Positions 1 through 15,800 of a stretch of 64,000 nt of DNA are shown in pieces. How positions within the stretch are numbered: the stretch's first letter is position 1; each line of letters begins with the position of its first letter. The notes beneath the pieces are model-generated. The model saw only the letters and a program-made list of their open reading frames with translations. It had not been told where the DNA came from and ran no database searches. The stretch comes from Eledone cirrhosa (taxonomy: Eukaryota): contig OZ024756.1 of the NCBI GenBank assembly GCA_964016885.1, positions 43,090,001 to 43,154,000 on the forward strand, given 5' to 3'. The translations under genes were made by a program, and so were the position numbers.

Positions 1-3000
1 GACAGACATTCGACACACACTAGAGACAGACATTGGACACACACTAGAGACAGACATTGGACACACACTAGAGACAGACATTGGACACACACTAGAGACA
101 GACATTGGACACACACTAGAGACAGACATTGGATACACACTAGGGACAGACATTGGACACACACCAGAAACAGACATTGGACACACACTAGAAACAGACA
201 TTGGACACACACTAGAGACAGACATTGGACAAACACTAGAGACAGACATTGGACACTCACTAGAGACAGACATTGGACACACACTAGAGACAGACATTGG
301 ACACACACTAGAGACAGACATTGGACAAACACTAGAGACAGACATTGGACACTCACTAGAGACAGACATTGGACACACACTAGAGACATACATTGGACAC
401 ACATAGAGACAGACATTGGACACACACTATAGACAGACATTGGACACACACAATAGAGAAAGACATTGGAAACACAGTAGAGACAGACATTGGACACACA
501 CTAGAGACAGACATTGGACACATACTAGAGACAGACATTGGACACACACACTAGAGACAGACATTGGACACACACACTAGAGACTGACATTGGACACACA
601 CTAGAGACAGATATTGGACACACACTAGAGACAGACATTGGACACACACTATAGACAGACATTGGACACAAACTAGAGACAGACATTGGACACCGACTAG
701 AGACAGAAATTATATATACACTAGAGACAGACATTGGACACACACTAGAGACAGACATTGGATACACACTAGAGACAGACATTGGACACACATTAGAGAC
801 AGACATTGGACACACACTAGAGACAGACATTGGACACACACTAGATACAGACATTGAACACACACTAGAGACAGACATTGGACACACACACTAGAGAAAT
901 ACATTGGACACACACTAGAGACAGACATTGGAGACACACTAGAGACAGACATTGGACACACACTAGAGACAGACATTGGACACACACTAGAGACAGACAT
1001 TGGATACACCGTAGAGACAGACATTTGACACACACTAGAGACAGACATTGGGCACACACTAGAGACAGACATTTGACACACACTAGAGACAGACATTGGA
1101 CACACACACTAGTGACAGACATTGGACACACACACTAGTGACAGATATTGAACACACTCTAGAGACAGACATTGGACACACACTAGAGACATACATTGAA
1201 CACACATAGAGACAGACATTGGACAAACACTAGAGACAGACATTGGACACACACTAGAGACATACATTGGACAGACATAGAGACAGACATTGGACACACA
1301 CTATAGACAGACATTGGACACATACAATAGAGAAAGACCTTGGACACACACACTAGAGACTGACATTGAACACACACTAGAGACAGACATTGGATACACA
1401 CTAGAGACAGACATTGGACACACACTAGAGACAGACATTGGACACAAACTAGAGACAGACATTGGACACACACTAGACACAGAAATTGGATATACACTAG
1501 AGACAGACATTGGACACACACTAGAGACAGACATTGGATACACACTAGAGACAGACATTGGACACACACTAGAGACAGACATTGGACACACACTAGATAC
1601 AGACATTGAACACACACTAGAGACAGACATTGGACACACAAACTACAGAAATACATTTGACACACACACTAGAGACAGACATTGGACACACACTAGAGAC
1701 AGACATTGGAGACACACTAGAGACAGACATTGGACACACACTAGAGACAGACATTGGACACACACTAGACACAGACATTGGGCACACACTAGAGACAGAC
1801 ATTGGACACACACTAGAGACAGACATTGGACACACACTAGAGACAGACATTGGATACACAGTAGAGACAGACATTTGACACACACTAGAGACAGACATTG
1901 GGCACACACTAGAGAGAGACATTTGACACACACTAGAGACAGACATTGGACACACACACTAGTGACAGACATTGGACACACACTAGAGACAGACATTGGA
2001 CACACACTAGAGACAGACATTGGACACCCACTAGAGACAGACATTGGACACACACTAGAGACAGACATTGGACACATACTAGAGACAGACATTGGAGACA
2101 CACTACAGACAGATATTGGACACACACTAGAGACAGACATTGGACACACACTAGAGACAAACATTGGACACACACTAGAGACAGACATCGGACACACACT
2201 AGAGACAGACATTGGACACACACTAGAAACAGACATTGGACACACACTAGAGACAGACATTGGACACACACTAGAGACAGACATTGGACACACACACTAG
2301 AGACAGACATTGGACACACACTAGAGACAGACATTGGACACACACACTTGTCAGACATTGGACACACACTAGAGACAGACATTGGACACACACTAGAGAC
2401 AGACATTAGACACACACTAGAGACAGACATTAGACACACACTAGAGACAGACATTGGACACACACTAGAAACAGACATTGGACACATACTAGAAACAGAC
2501 ATTGGACACACAATAGAGACAGACATTAGACACACACTAGAGACAGGCATTGGACACACACTAGAGACAGACATTGGACACACACTAGAGACAGACATTA
2601 GACACACACTAGAGACAGACATTGGACACACACTAGAAACAGACATTGGACACACACTAGAAACAGACATTGGACACACACTAGAAACAGACATTGGACA
2701 TAAACTAGAGACTGACATTGGACACACACAAGAGACAGACATTTTACACACACTAGAGAGAGTCATTGGACACACACTAGAGACAGACATTGGACACACA
2801 CACTAGAGACAGTCATTGGACACACACGAGAGACAGACATTAGACACACACTAGAGACAGACATTGGACACACACTAGAGACAGACGTTGGACACACACT
2901 GGAGACAGACATTAGACACACACGAGAGACAGACATTGGACACACACTAGATACAGCCATTGGACACACACTAGAGACAGACATTGGACATACATTAGAG

Positions 3001-6000
3001 ACAGACATTGGACACACACTAGAGACAGACATTAGACACGCACTAGTGACTGACATTGGACACACTAGAGACAGACATTGGACACACACTAGAGACAGAC
3101 ATTAGACACACAGTAAAGACAGACATTGGACACACAGTAGAGACAGACATTGGACACACACTAGAGACAGACATTGGACACACACTAGAAACAGACATTG
3201 GACACACACTAAAGACAGACATTGAACACACACACTAGAGAGAGACATTGGAGACACACTAGAAACAGACATTGGACACACACACTAGAGACAGACATTG
3301 GACACACACTAGAGACAGACATTGGACACACACTAGAGACAGACATTAGACACACAGTAGAGAGAGACATTGGACACACACTAGAGACAGACATTGGACA
3401 CACACTAGAGACAGACATTGGACACACAATAGAGACAGACATTTGACACACACTAGAGAGAGTCATTAGACACATACCAGAGACAGACATTGGACACACA
3501 CTAGCGATAGACATTGGACACACACTAGAGACAGACATTTGACACACACACTAGAGACAGACATTGGACACACACTAGATACAGACATTGGACCCACACT
3601 AGAGACATATATTGGACACACACTAGATACAGACATTGGACACACACTAGAGACAGACATTGGACACACACTAGATACAGACATTGGACACACACAAGAG
3701 ACAGACATTGGACACACACTAGAGACAGACATTGGACACACACTAGAGACAGACATTGGACACACACTAGATACAGACATTGGACACACACTAGAGAGAC
3801 ATTGGACACACACTAGAGACAGACATTGGACACACACTAGAAACAGACATTCGAGACACACTAGAGAGAGAAATTGGACACACATTAGGGACAGACATTG
3901 GACACACACTAGAGACAGACATTGGACACACACTAGAGACGGACATTGGAGACACACTAGAGACAGACATTGGGCGCACACTAGAGACAGACATTGGACA
4001 CACACTAGAGACAGACATTGGACACGTACTAGAGACAGACATTGGAGACACACTACAGACAGATATTGGACACACACTAGAGACAGACATTGGACACACA
4101 CTAGAGACAGACATTGGACACACACTAGAGACAGACATTGGACACACACTAGAGACAGACATTGGACACATACTAGAGACAGACATTAGAGACACACTAC
4201 AGACAAATATTGGACACACACTAGAGACAGACATTGGACACACACTAGAGACAGACATTGGACACACACTAGAGACAGACATTGGACAAACACTAGAGAC
4301 AGACATTGGACACTCACTAGAGACAGACATTGGACACACACACTAGAGACATACATTGGACACACACTAGAGACAGACATTGGACTCACTATAGACAGAC
4401 ATTGGACACACACTAGAGACAGACATTGGACACATACTAGAGACAGACATTAGAGACACACTACAGACAAATATTGGACACACACTAGAGACAGACATTG
4501 GACACACACTAGAGACAGACATTGGACACACACTAGAGACATACATTGGACAAACACTAGAGACAGACATTGGACACTCACTAGAGACAGACATTGGACA
4601 CACACACTAGAGACAGACATTGGACACACACTAGAGACAGACATTGGACACATACTAGAGACAGACATTAGAGACACACTACAGACAAATATTGGACACA
4701 CACTAGAGACAGACATTGGACACACACTAGAGACAGACATTGGACACACACTAGAGACAGACATTAGACACACACTAGAGACAGACATTGGACACACACT
4801 AGAGACAGACATTGGACACACACACTAGAGACAGACATTGGACACACACTAGAGACAGACATTGGACACACACACTAGAATCAGACATTGGAAACACACT
4901 ATATACAGACATTGGACACACACTAGAGACAAACATTGGACACACACACTAGAGACAGACATTGGACACACACACTAGAGAGTGACATTAGACACACACT
5001 AGAGACAGACATTGGATACACACTAGAGACAGACATTGGACACACACTAGAGACAGACATTGGACACACACTAGAGACAGACATTGGACACACACTAGAG
5101 ACAGAAATTGGACACACACTAGAGACAGACATTGGACACACACTAGAGACAGACATTGGACACACACTAGAGACAGACATTGGAACACACCAGAGACAGA
5201 CATTGGACACACACTAGAGACAGACATTGGACACACACTAGAGACAGACATTGGACACACTCTAGAGACAGACATTGGACACACACACTAGAGACAGACA
5301 TTGGACTCACACTAGAGACAGACATTGGACAAACACTAGAGACAGACATTGGACACTCACTAGAGACAGACATAAGACACACACTAGAGACAGACATTGG
5401 ACACACACACTAGAGACAGACATTGGACACACACTAGAGACAGAGTTTGGAGACACTCTAGAGACAGACATTCGACACACACTAGAGACAGACATTGGAC
5501 ACACACTAGAGACAGACATTGGACACACACTAGAGACAGACATTGGACACACACTAGAGACAGACATTGGACACACACTAGAGACAGACATTGGATACAC
5601 ACTAGGGACAGACATTGGACACACACCAGAAACAGACATTGGACACACACTAGAAACAGACATTGGACACACACTAGAGACAGACATTGGACAAACACTA
5701 GAGACAGACATTGGACACTCACTAGAGACAGACATTGGACACACACTAGAGACAGACATTGGACACACACTAGAGACAGACATTGGACAAACACTAGAGA
5801 CAGACATTGGACACTCACTAGAGACAGACATTGGACACACACTAGAGACATACATTGGACACACATAGAGACAGACATTGGACACACACTATAGACAGAC
5901 ATTGGACACACACAATAGAGAAAGACATTGGAAACACAGTAGAGACAGACATTGGACACACACTAGAGACAGACATTGGACACATACTAGAGACAGACAT

Positions 6001-8545
6001 TGGACACACACACTAGAGACAGACATTGGACACACACACTAGAGACTGACATTGGACACACACTAGAGACAGATATTGGACACACACTAGAGACAGACAT
6101 TGGACACACACTATAGACAGACATTGGACACAAACTAGAGACAGACATTGGACACCGACTAGAGACAGAAATTATATATACACTAGAGACAGACATTGGA
6201 CACACACTAGAGACAGACATTGGATACACACTAGAGACAGACATTGGACACACATTAGAGACAGACATTGGACACACACTAGAGACAGACATTGGACACA
6301 CACTAGATACAGACATTGAACACACACTAGAGACAGACATTGGACACACACACTAGAGAAATACATTGGACACACACTAGAGACAGACATTGGAGACACA
6401 CTAGAGACAGACATTGGACACACACTAGAGACAGACATTGGACACACACTAGAGACAGACATTGGATACACCGTAGAGACAGACATTTGACACACACTAG
6501 AGACAGACATTGGGCACACACTAGAGACAGACATTTGACACACACTAGAGACAGACATTGGACACACACACTAGTGACAGACATTGGACACACACACTAG
6601 TGACAGATATTGAACACACTCTAGAGACAGACATTGGACACACACTAGAGACATACATTGAACACACATAGAGACAGACATTGGACAAACACTAGAGACA
6701 GACATTGGACACACACTAGAGACATACATTGGACAGACATAGAGACAGACATTGGACACACACTATAGACAGACATTGGACACATACAATAGAGAAAGAC
6801 CTTGGACACACACACTAGAGACTGACATTGAACACACACTAGAGACAGACATTGGATACACACTAGAGACAGACATTGGACACACACTAGAGACAGACAT
6901 TGGACACAAACTAGAGACAGACATTGGACACACACTAGACACAGAAATTGGATATACACTAGAGACAGACATTGGACACACACTAGAGACAGACATTGGA
7001 TACACACTAGAGACAGACATTGGACACACACTAGAGACAGACATTGGACACACACTAGATACAGACATTGAACACACACTAGAGACAGACATTGGACACA
7101 CAAACTACAGAAATACATTTGACACACACACTAGAGACAGACATTGGACACACACTAGAGACAGACATTGGAGACACACTAGAGACAGACATTGGACACA
7201 CACTAGAGACAGACATTGGACACACACTAGACACAGACATTGGGCACACACTAGAGACAGACATTGGACACACACTAGAGACAGACATTGGACACACACT
7301 AGAGACAGACATTGGATACACAGTAGAGACAGACATTTGACACACACTAGAGACAGACATTGGGCACACACTAGAGAGAGACATTTGACACACACTAGAG
7401 ACAGACATTGGACACACACACTAGTGACAGACATTGGACACACACTAGAGACAGACATTGGACACACACTAGAGACAGACATTGGACACCCACTAGAGAC
7501 AGACATTGGACACACACTAGAGACAGACATTGGACACATACTAGAGACAGACATTGGAGACACACTACAGACAGATATTGGACACACACTAGAGACAGAC
7601 ATTGGACACACACTAGAGACAAACATTGGACACACACTAGAGACAGACATCGGACACACACTAGAGACAGACATTGGACACACACTAGAAACAGACATTG
7701 GACACACACTAGAGACAGACATTGGACACACACTAGAGACAGACATTGGACACACACACTAGAGACAGACATTGGACACACACTAGAGACAGACATTGGA
7801 CACACACACTTGTCAGACATTGGACACACACTAGAGACAGACATTGGACACACACTAGAGAGAGACATTAGACACACACTAGAGACAGACATTAGACACA
7901 CACTAGAGACAGACATTGGACACACACTAGAAACAGACATTGGACACATACTAGAAACAGACATTGGACACACAATAGAGACAGACATTAGACACACACT
8001 AGAGACAGGCATTGGACACACACTAGAGACAGACATTGGACACACACTAGAGACAGACATTAGACACACACTAGAGACAGACATTGGACACACACTAGAA
8101 ACAGACATTGGACACACACTAGAAACAGACATTGGACACACACTAGAAACAGACATTGGACATAAACTAGAGACTGACATTGGACACACACAAGAGACAG
8201 ACATTTTACACACACTAGAGAGAGTCATTGGACACACACTAGAGACAGACATTGGACACACACACTAGAGACAGTCATTGGACACACACGAGAGACAGAC
8301 ATTAGACACACACTAGAGACAGACATTGGACACACACTAGAGACAGACGTTGGACACACACTGGAGACAGACATTAGACACACACGAGAGACAGACATTG
8401 GACACACACTAGATACAGCCATTGGACACACACTAGAGACAGACATTGGACATACATTAGAGACAGACATTGGACACACACTAGAGACAGACATTAGACA
8501 CGCACTAGTGACTGACATTGGACACACTAGAGACAGACATTGGAC
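1..8545 (+). repeat. Near-identical ~3.1-kb block pair within the array: 1-~3080 and 5463-~8545 (offset 5462 bp)
   Basis: Matching variant strings recur at a constant offset: ORFs 525/5987, 710/6172, 1290/6752, 1933/7395, 2763/8225. The rare variant CACCGACTAG...GAAATTATATATAC occurs at ~691 and ~6153. Confidence 0.93.
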
Positions 8546-11500
8546 ACACACTAGAGACAGACATTGGACACATACTAGAAACAGACATTGGACACACACT
8601 AGAGACAGACATTGGACACACACTAGAGACAGGCATTGGACACACACTAGAGACAGACATTAGACACACACTAGAGACAGACATTGGACACACACTAGAA
8701 ACAGACATTGGACACACACTAGAAACAGACATTGGACACACACTAGAGACTGACATTGGACACACACAAGAGACAGACATTTTACACACACTAGAGAGAG
8801 ACATTGGACACACACTAGAGACAGGCATTGGACACACACTAGAGACAGACATTGGACACATACTAGAGACTGACATTGGACACACACTAGAGACAGACAT
8901 TGTACACACACTAGAGACAGACATTGGACACACACTAGAGACAGACATTGGACACACACTAGAGATAAACATTAGACACGCACTAGAGACAGACATTGGA
9001 CACACACTAGAGACAGACATTGGACACACACACGAAATACGGACATTGGACACACACTAGAGACAGACATTAGACACACACTAGAAACGGACATTGGACA
9101 CACACTAGAGATAGACATTGGACACACACTAGAGACAGACATTGGACACACACTAGAGACAGACATTGGACACACACTAGACACAGACATTGGGCACACA
9201 CTAGAGACAGACATTGGACACACACTAGAGACAGACATTGGACACACACTAGAGACAGACATTGGATACACAGTAGAGACAGACATTTGACACACACTAG
9301 AGACAGACATTGGGCACACACTAGAGACAGACATTTGACACACACTAGAGACAGACATTGGACACACACACTAGTGACAGACATTGGACACACACTAGAG
9401 ACAGACATTGGACACACACTAGAGACAGACATTGGACACACACTAGAGACAGACATTGGACACACACTAGAGACAGACATTGGACACATACTAGAGACAG
9501 ACATTGGAGACACACTACAGACAGATATTGGACACACACTAGAGACAGACATTGGACACACACTAGAGACAAACATTGGACACACACTAGAGACAGACAT
9601 CGGACACACACTAGAGACAGACATTGGACACACACTAGAAACAGACATTGGACACACACTAGAGACAGACATTGGACACACACTAGAGACAGACATTGGA
9701 CACACACACTAGAGACAGACATTGGACACACACTAGAAACAGACATTGGACACACACTAGAGACAGACATTGGACACACACTAGAGACAGACATTGGACA
9801 CACACACTTGTCAGACATTGAACACACACTAGAGACAGACATTGGACACACACTAGAGACAGACATTAGACACACACTAGAGACAGACATTAGACACACA
9901 CTAGAGACAGACATTGGACACACACTAGAAACAGACATTGGACACATACTAGAAACAGACATTGGACACACACTAGAGACAGACATTAGACACACACTAG
10001 AGACAGGCATTGGACACACACTAGAGACAGACATTGGACACACACTAGAGACAGACATTGGACACACACACTAGAGACAGTCATTGGACACACACGAGAG
10101 ACAGACATTAGACACACACTAGAGACAGATATTGGACACACACTAGAGACAGACGTTGGACACACACTGGAGACAGACATTAGACACACACGAGAGACAG
10201 ACATTGGACACACACTAGATACAGCCATTGGACACACACTAGAGACAGACATTGGACATACACTAGAGACAGACATTGGACACACACTAGAGACAGACAT
10301 TAGACACGCACTAGTGACTGACATTGGACACACTAGAGACAGACATTGGACACACACTAGAGACAGACATTGGACACATACTAGAAACAGACATTGGACA
10401 CACACTAGAGACAGACATTGGACACACACTAGAGACAGGCATTGGACACACACTAGAGACAGACATTGGACACACACTAGAGACAGACATTAGACACACA
10501 CTAGAGACAGACATTGGACACACACTAGAAACAGACATTGGACACACACTAGAAACAGACATTGGACACACACTAGAGACTGACATTGGACACACACAAG
10601 AGACAGACATTTTACACACACTAGAGAGAGACATTGGACACACACTAGAGACAGGCATTGGACACACACTAGAGACAGACATTGGACACATACTAGAGAC
10701 AGACATTGGACACACACTAGAGACAGACATTGGACACACACTAGAGATAAACATTAGACACGCACTAGAGACAGACATTGGACACACACTAGAGACAGAC
10801 ATTGGACACACACACGAAATACGGACATTGGACACACACTAGAGACAGACATTAGACACACACTAGAAACGGACATTGGACACACACTAGAGATAGACAT
10901 TGGACACACACTAGAGACAGACATTGGACACACACTAGAGACAGACATTAGACACACACTAGAGACAGACATTGAATACACACTAGAAACAGACATTGGA
11001 CACACACTAGAGACAGACATTGGACACACACAAGAGACAGAGATTTTACACACACTAGAGAGAGACATTGGACACACACTAGAGACAGGCATTGGACACA
11101 CACTAGAGACAGACGTTGGACACACACTAGAGACAGACATTGGACACATACTAGAAACAGACATTGGACACACACTAGAGACACACATTGGACACACACT
11201 AGAGACAGACATTGGACACACACTAGACAGAGACATTGGACACACACTAGAGACAGACATTAGACACACACTAGAGACAGACATTGGACACACACTAGAG
11301 ACTGACATTGGACACACACAAGAGACAGACATTTTACACACACTAGAGAGAGACATTGGACACACACTAGAAACAGACATAGGACACACACTAGAGACAG
11401 ACATTGGACACACACACTAGAGACAGACATTGGACACACAGTAGAGCCAGATATTGGGAACACACTAGAGACAGACATTAGACACACACTAGAGACAGAC

Positions 11501-12849
11501 ATTGGACACACACTAGAAACAGACATTGGACACTCACTAGAGACAGACATTGGACATAGACACTAGAGAGAGACATTGGACCCACACACAAGAGACAGAC
11601 ATTGGACACACACTTGAAACAGACATTGGACACACACTAGAGACAGACATTGGACACACACTAGAGACAGACATTGGACACACACTAGAGACAGACATTG
11701 GACACACACTAGAGACAGACATTGGACATACACTAGAGAGAGACATTAGACACACACACTAGTGAGAGACATTGGACACACACCAGAGACAGACATTGGA
11801 CACACACTAGAGAGAGACATTGGACACGCACTAGAGACAGACATTGGACACACACACTAGAGACAGACATTGGACACACACTAGAGAGAGACATTGGACA
11901 AACAATAGAGACAGACATTGGAAACACACACTAGAGACAGACATTGGACACACACTAGAGACAGACATAGGACCCACACTAGAGACAGACATTGGACACA
12001 CACTAGAGACAGACTTTGGACACACACACTAGAGACAGATATTAGACACACACTAGAGACAGACATTGGACACACACTAGAGACAGACATTGGACACACA
12101 CACTAGAGACAGACATTGGACACACACTAGAAACAGTGATTGGACACACACTAGAGACAGACATTGGACACACACACTAGAGACAGACATTGGACACACA
12201 CGAGAGACAGACATTAGACACACACTAGGGACAGACATTGGACACGCACTAGAGGCAGACGTTAGACACACATTAGAGACAGACATTGGACACACACTAG
12301 AGACAGACATTGGACACACACTAGAGACAGACATTGGAACACACCAGAGACAGACATTGGACACACACTAGAGACAGACATTGGACACACACTAGAGACA
12401 GACATTGGACACACACACTAGAGACAGACATTGGACACACACTAGAGACAGACATTGGACAAACACTAGAGACAGACATTGGACACTCACTAGAGACAGA
12501 CATAAGACACACACTAGAGACAGACATTGGACACACACTAGAGACAGACATTGGACACACACACTAGAGACAGACATTGGACACACACACTAGAGACAGA
12601 CATTGGACACACACTAGAGACAGACTTTAGAGACACTCTAGAGACAGACATTGGACACACACTAGAGACAGACATTGGACACACACTAGAGACAGATATT
12701 GGACACACACTAGAGACAGACATTGGACACACACTAGAGACAGACATTGAACACACACTAGAGACAGACATTGGACACACACCAGATACAGACATTGGAC
12801 ACACACTAGAGACTGACATTGGACAAACACTAGAGACAGACATTGGACA

Positions 12850-15800
12850 CACACTAGAGACAGACATTGGACACACACTAGAGACAGACATTGGACACGT
12901 ACTAGAGACAGACATTGGAGACACACTACAGACAGATATTGGACACACACTAGAGACAGACATTGGACACACACTAGAGACAGACATTGGACACACACTA
13001 GAGACAGACATTGGACACACACTAGAGACAGACATTGGACACATACTAGAGACAGACATTGGAGACACACTACAGACAAATATTGGACACACACTAGAGA
13101 CAGACATTGGACACACACTAGAGACAGACATTGGACACACACTAGAGACAGACATTGGACAAACACTAGAGACAGACATTGGACACTCACTAGAGACAGA
13201 CATTGGACACACAAACTAGAGACATACATTGGACACACACTAGAGACAGACATTGGACTCACTATAGACAGACATTGGACACACGCAATAGAGACAGACA
13301 TTGGACACACACTAGAGACAGACATTGGACACACACACTAGAGACAGACATTGGACACACACTAGAGACAGACATTGGACACACACACTAGAATCAGACA
13401 TTGGAAACACACTATATACAGACATTGGACACACACTAGAGACAAACATTGGACACACACACTAGAGACAGACATTGGACACACACACTAGAGAGTGACA
13501 TTAGACACACACTAGAGACAGACATTGGATACACACTAGAGACAGACATTGGACACACACTAGAGACAGACATTGGACACACACTAGAGACAGACATTGG
13601 ACACACACTAGAGACAGAAATTGGACACACACTAGAGACAGACATTGAACACACACTAGAGACAGACATTGGACACACACTAGAGACAGACATTGGAACA
13701 CACCAGAGACAGACATTGGACACACACTAGAGACAGACATTGGACACACACTAGAGACAGACATTGGACACACTCTAGAGACAGACATTGGACACACACA
13801 CTAGAGACAGACATTGGACTCACACTAGAGACAGACATTGGACAAACACTAGAGACAGACATTGGACACTCACTAGAGACAGACATAAGACACACACTAG
13901 AGACAGACATTGGACACACACACTAGAGACAGACATTGGACACACACACTAGAGACAGACATTGGACACACACTAGAGACAGAGTTTGGAGACACTCTAG
14001 AGACAGACATTCGACACACACTAGAGACAGACATTGGACACACACTAGAGACAGACATTGGACACACACTACAGACAGACATTGGACACACACTAGAGAC
14101 AGACATTGGACACACACTAGAGACAGACATTGGATACAAACTAGGGACAGACATTGGACACACACCAGAAACAGACATTGGACACACACTAGAAACAGAC
14201 ATTGGACACACACTAGAGACAGACATTGGACAAACACTAGAGACAGACATTGGACACTCACTAGAGACAGACATTGGACACACACTAGAGACAGACATTG
14301 GACACACACTAGAGACAGACATTGGACAAACACTAGAGACAGACATTGGACACTCACTAGAGACAGACATTGGACACACACTAGAGACATACATTGGACA
14401 CACATAGAGACAGACATTGGACACACACTATAGACAGACATTGGACACACACAATAGAGAAAGACATTGGAAACACAGTAGAGACAGACATTGGACACAC
14501 ACTAGAGACAGACATTGGACACATACTAGAGACAGACATTGGACACACACACTAGAGACAGACATTGGACACACACACTAGAGACTGACATTGGACACAC
14601 ACTAGAGACAGATATTGGACACACACTAGAGACAGATATTGGACACACACTAGAGACAGACATTGGACACACACTATAGACAGACATTGGACACAAACTA
14701 GAGACAGACATTGGACACACACTAGAGACAGAAATTATATATACACTAGAGACAGACATTGGACACACATTAGAGACAGACATTGGATACACACTAGAGA
14801 CAGACATTGGACACACATTAGAGACAGACATTGGACACACACTAGAGACAGACATTGGACACACACTAGATACAGACATTGAACACACACTAGAGACAGA
14901 CATTGGACACACACACTAGAGAAATACATTGGACACACACTAGAGACAGACATTGGAGACACACTAGAGACAGACATTGGACACACACTAGAGACAGACA
15001 TTGGACACACACTAGAGACAGACATTGGATACACCGTAGAGACAGACATTTGACACACACTAGAGACAGACATTGGGCACACACTAGAGACAGACATTTG
15101 ACACACACTAGAGACAGACATTGGACACACACACTAGTGACAGACATTGGACACACACACTAGTGACAGATATTGAACACACTCTAGAGACAGACATTGG
15201 ACACACACTAGAGACATACATTGAACACACATAGAGACAGACATTGGACAAACACTAGAGACAGACATTGGACACTCACTAGAGACAGACATTGGACACA
15301 CACTAGAGACATACATTGGACAGACATAGAGACAGACATTGGACACACACTATAGACAGACATTGGACACATACAATAGAGAAAGACCTTGGACACACAC
15401 ACTAGAGACTGACATTGAACACACACTAGAGACAGACATTGGATACACACTAGAGACAGACATTGGACACACACTAGAGACAGACATTGGACACAAACTA
15501 GAGACAGACATTGGACACACACTAGAGACAGAAATTGGATATACACTAGAGACAGACATTGGACACACACTAGAGACAGACATTGGATACACACTAGAGA
15601 CAGACATTGGACACACACTAGAGACAGACATTGGACACACACTAGATACAGACATTGAACACACACTAGAGACAGACATTGGACACACAAACTACAGAAA
15701 TACATTTGACACACACACTAGAGACAGACATTGGACACACACTAGAGACAGACATTGGACACACACTAGAGACAGACATTGGACAAACACTAGAGACAGA

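Noticed and set aside
9020-9050. CENP-B box in the CpG-containing variant (TTCG on the - strand)
   Set aside because: The core NTTCGNNNNANNCGGGN is not matched; TTTCG is followed by TGTGTGTGTCC with no CGGG.
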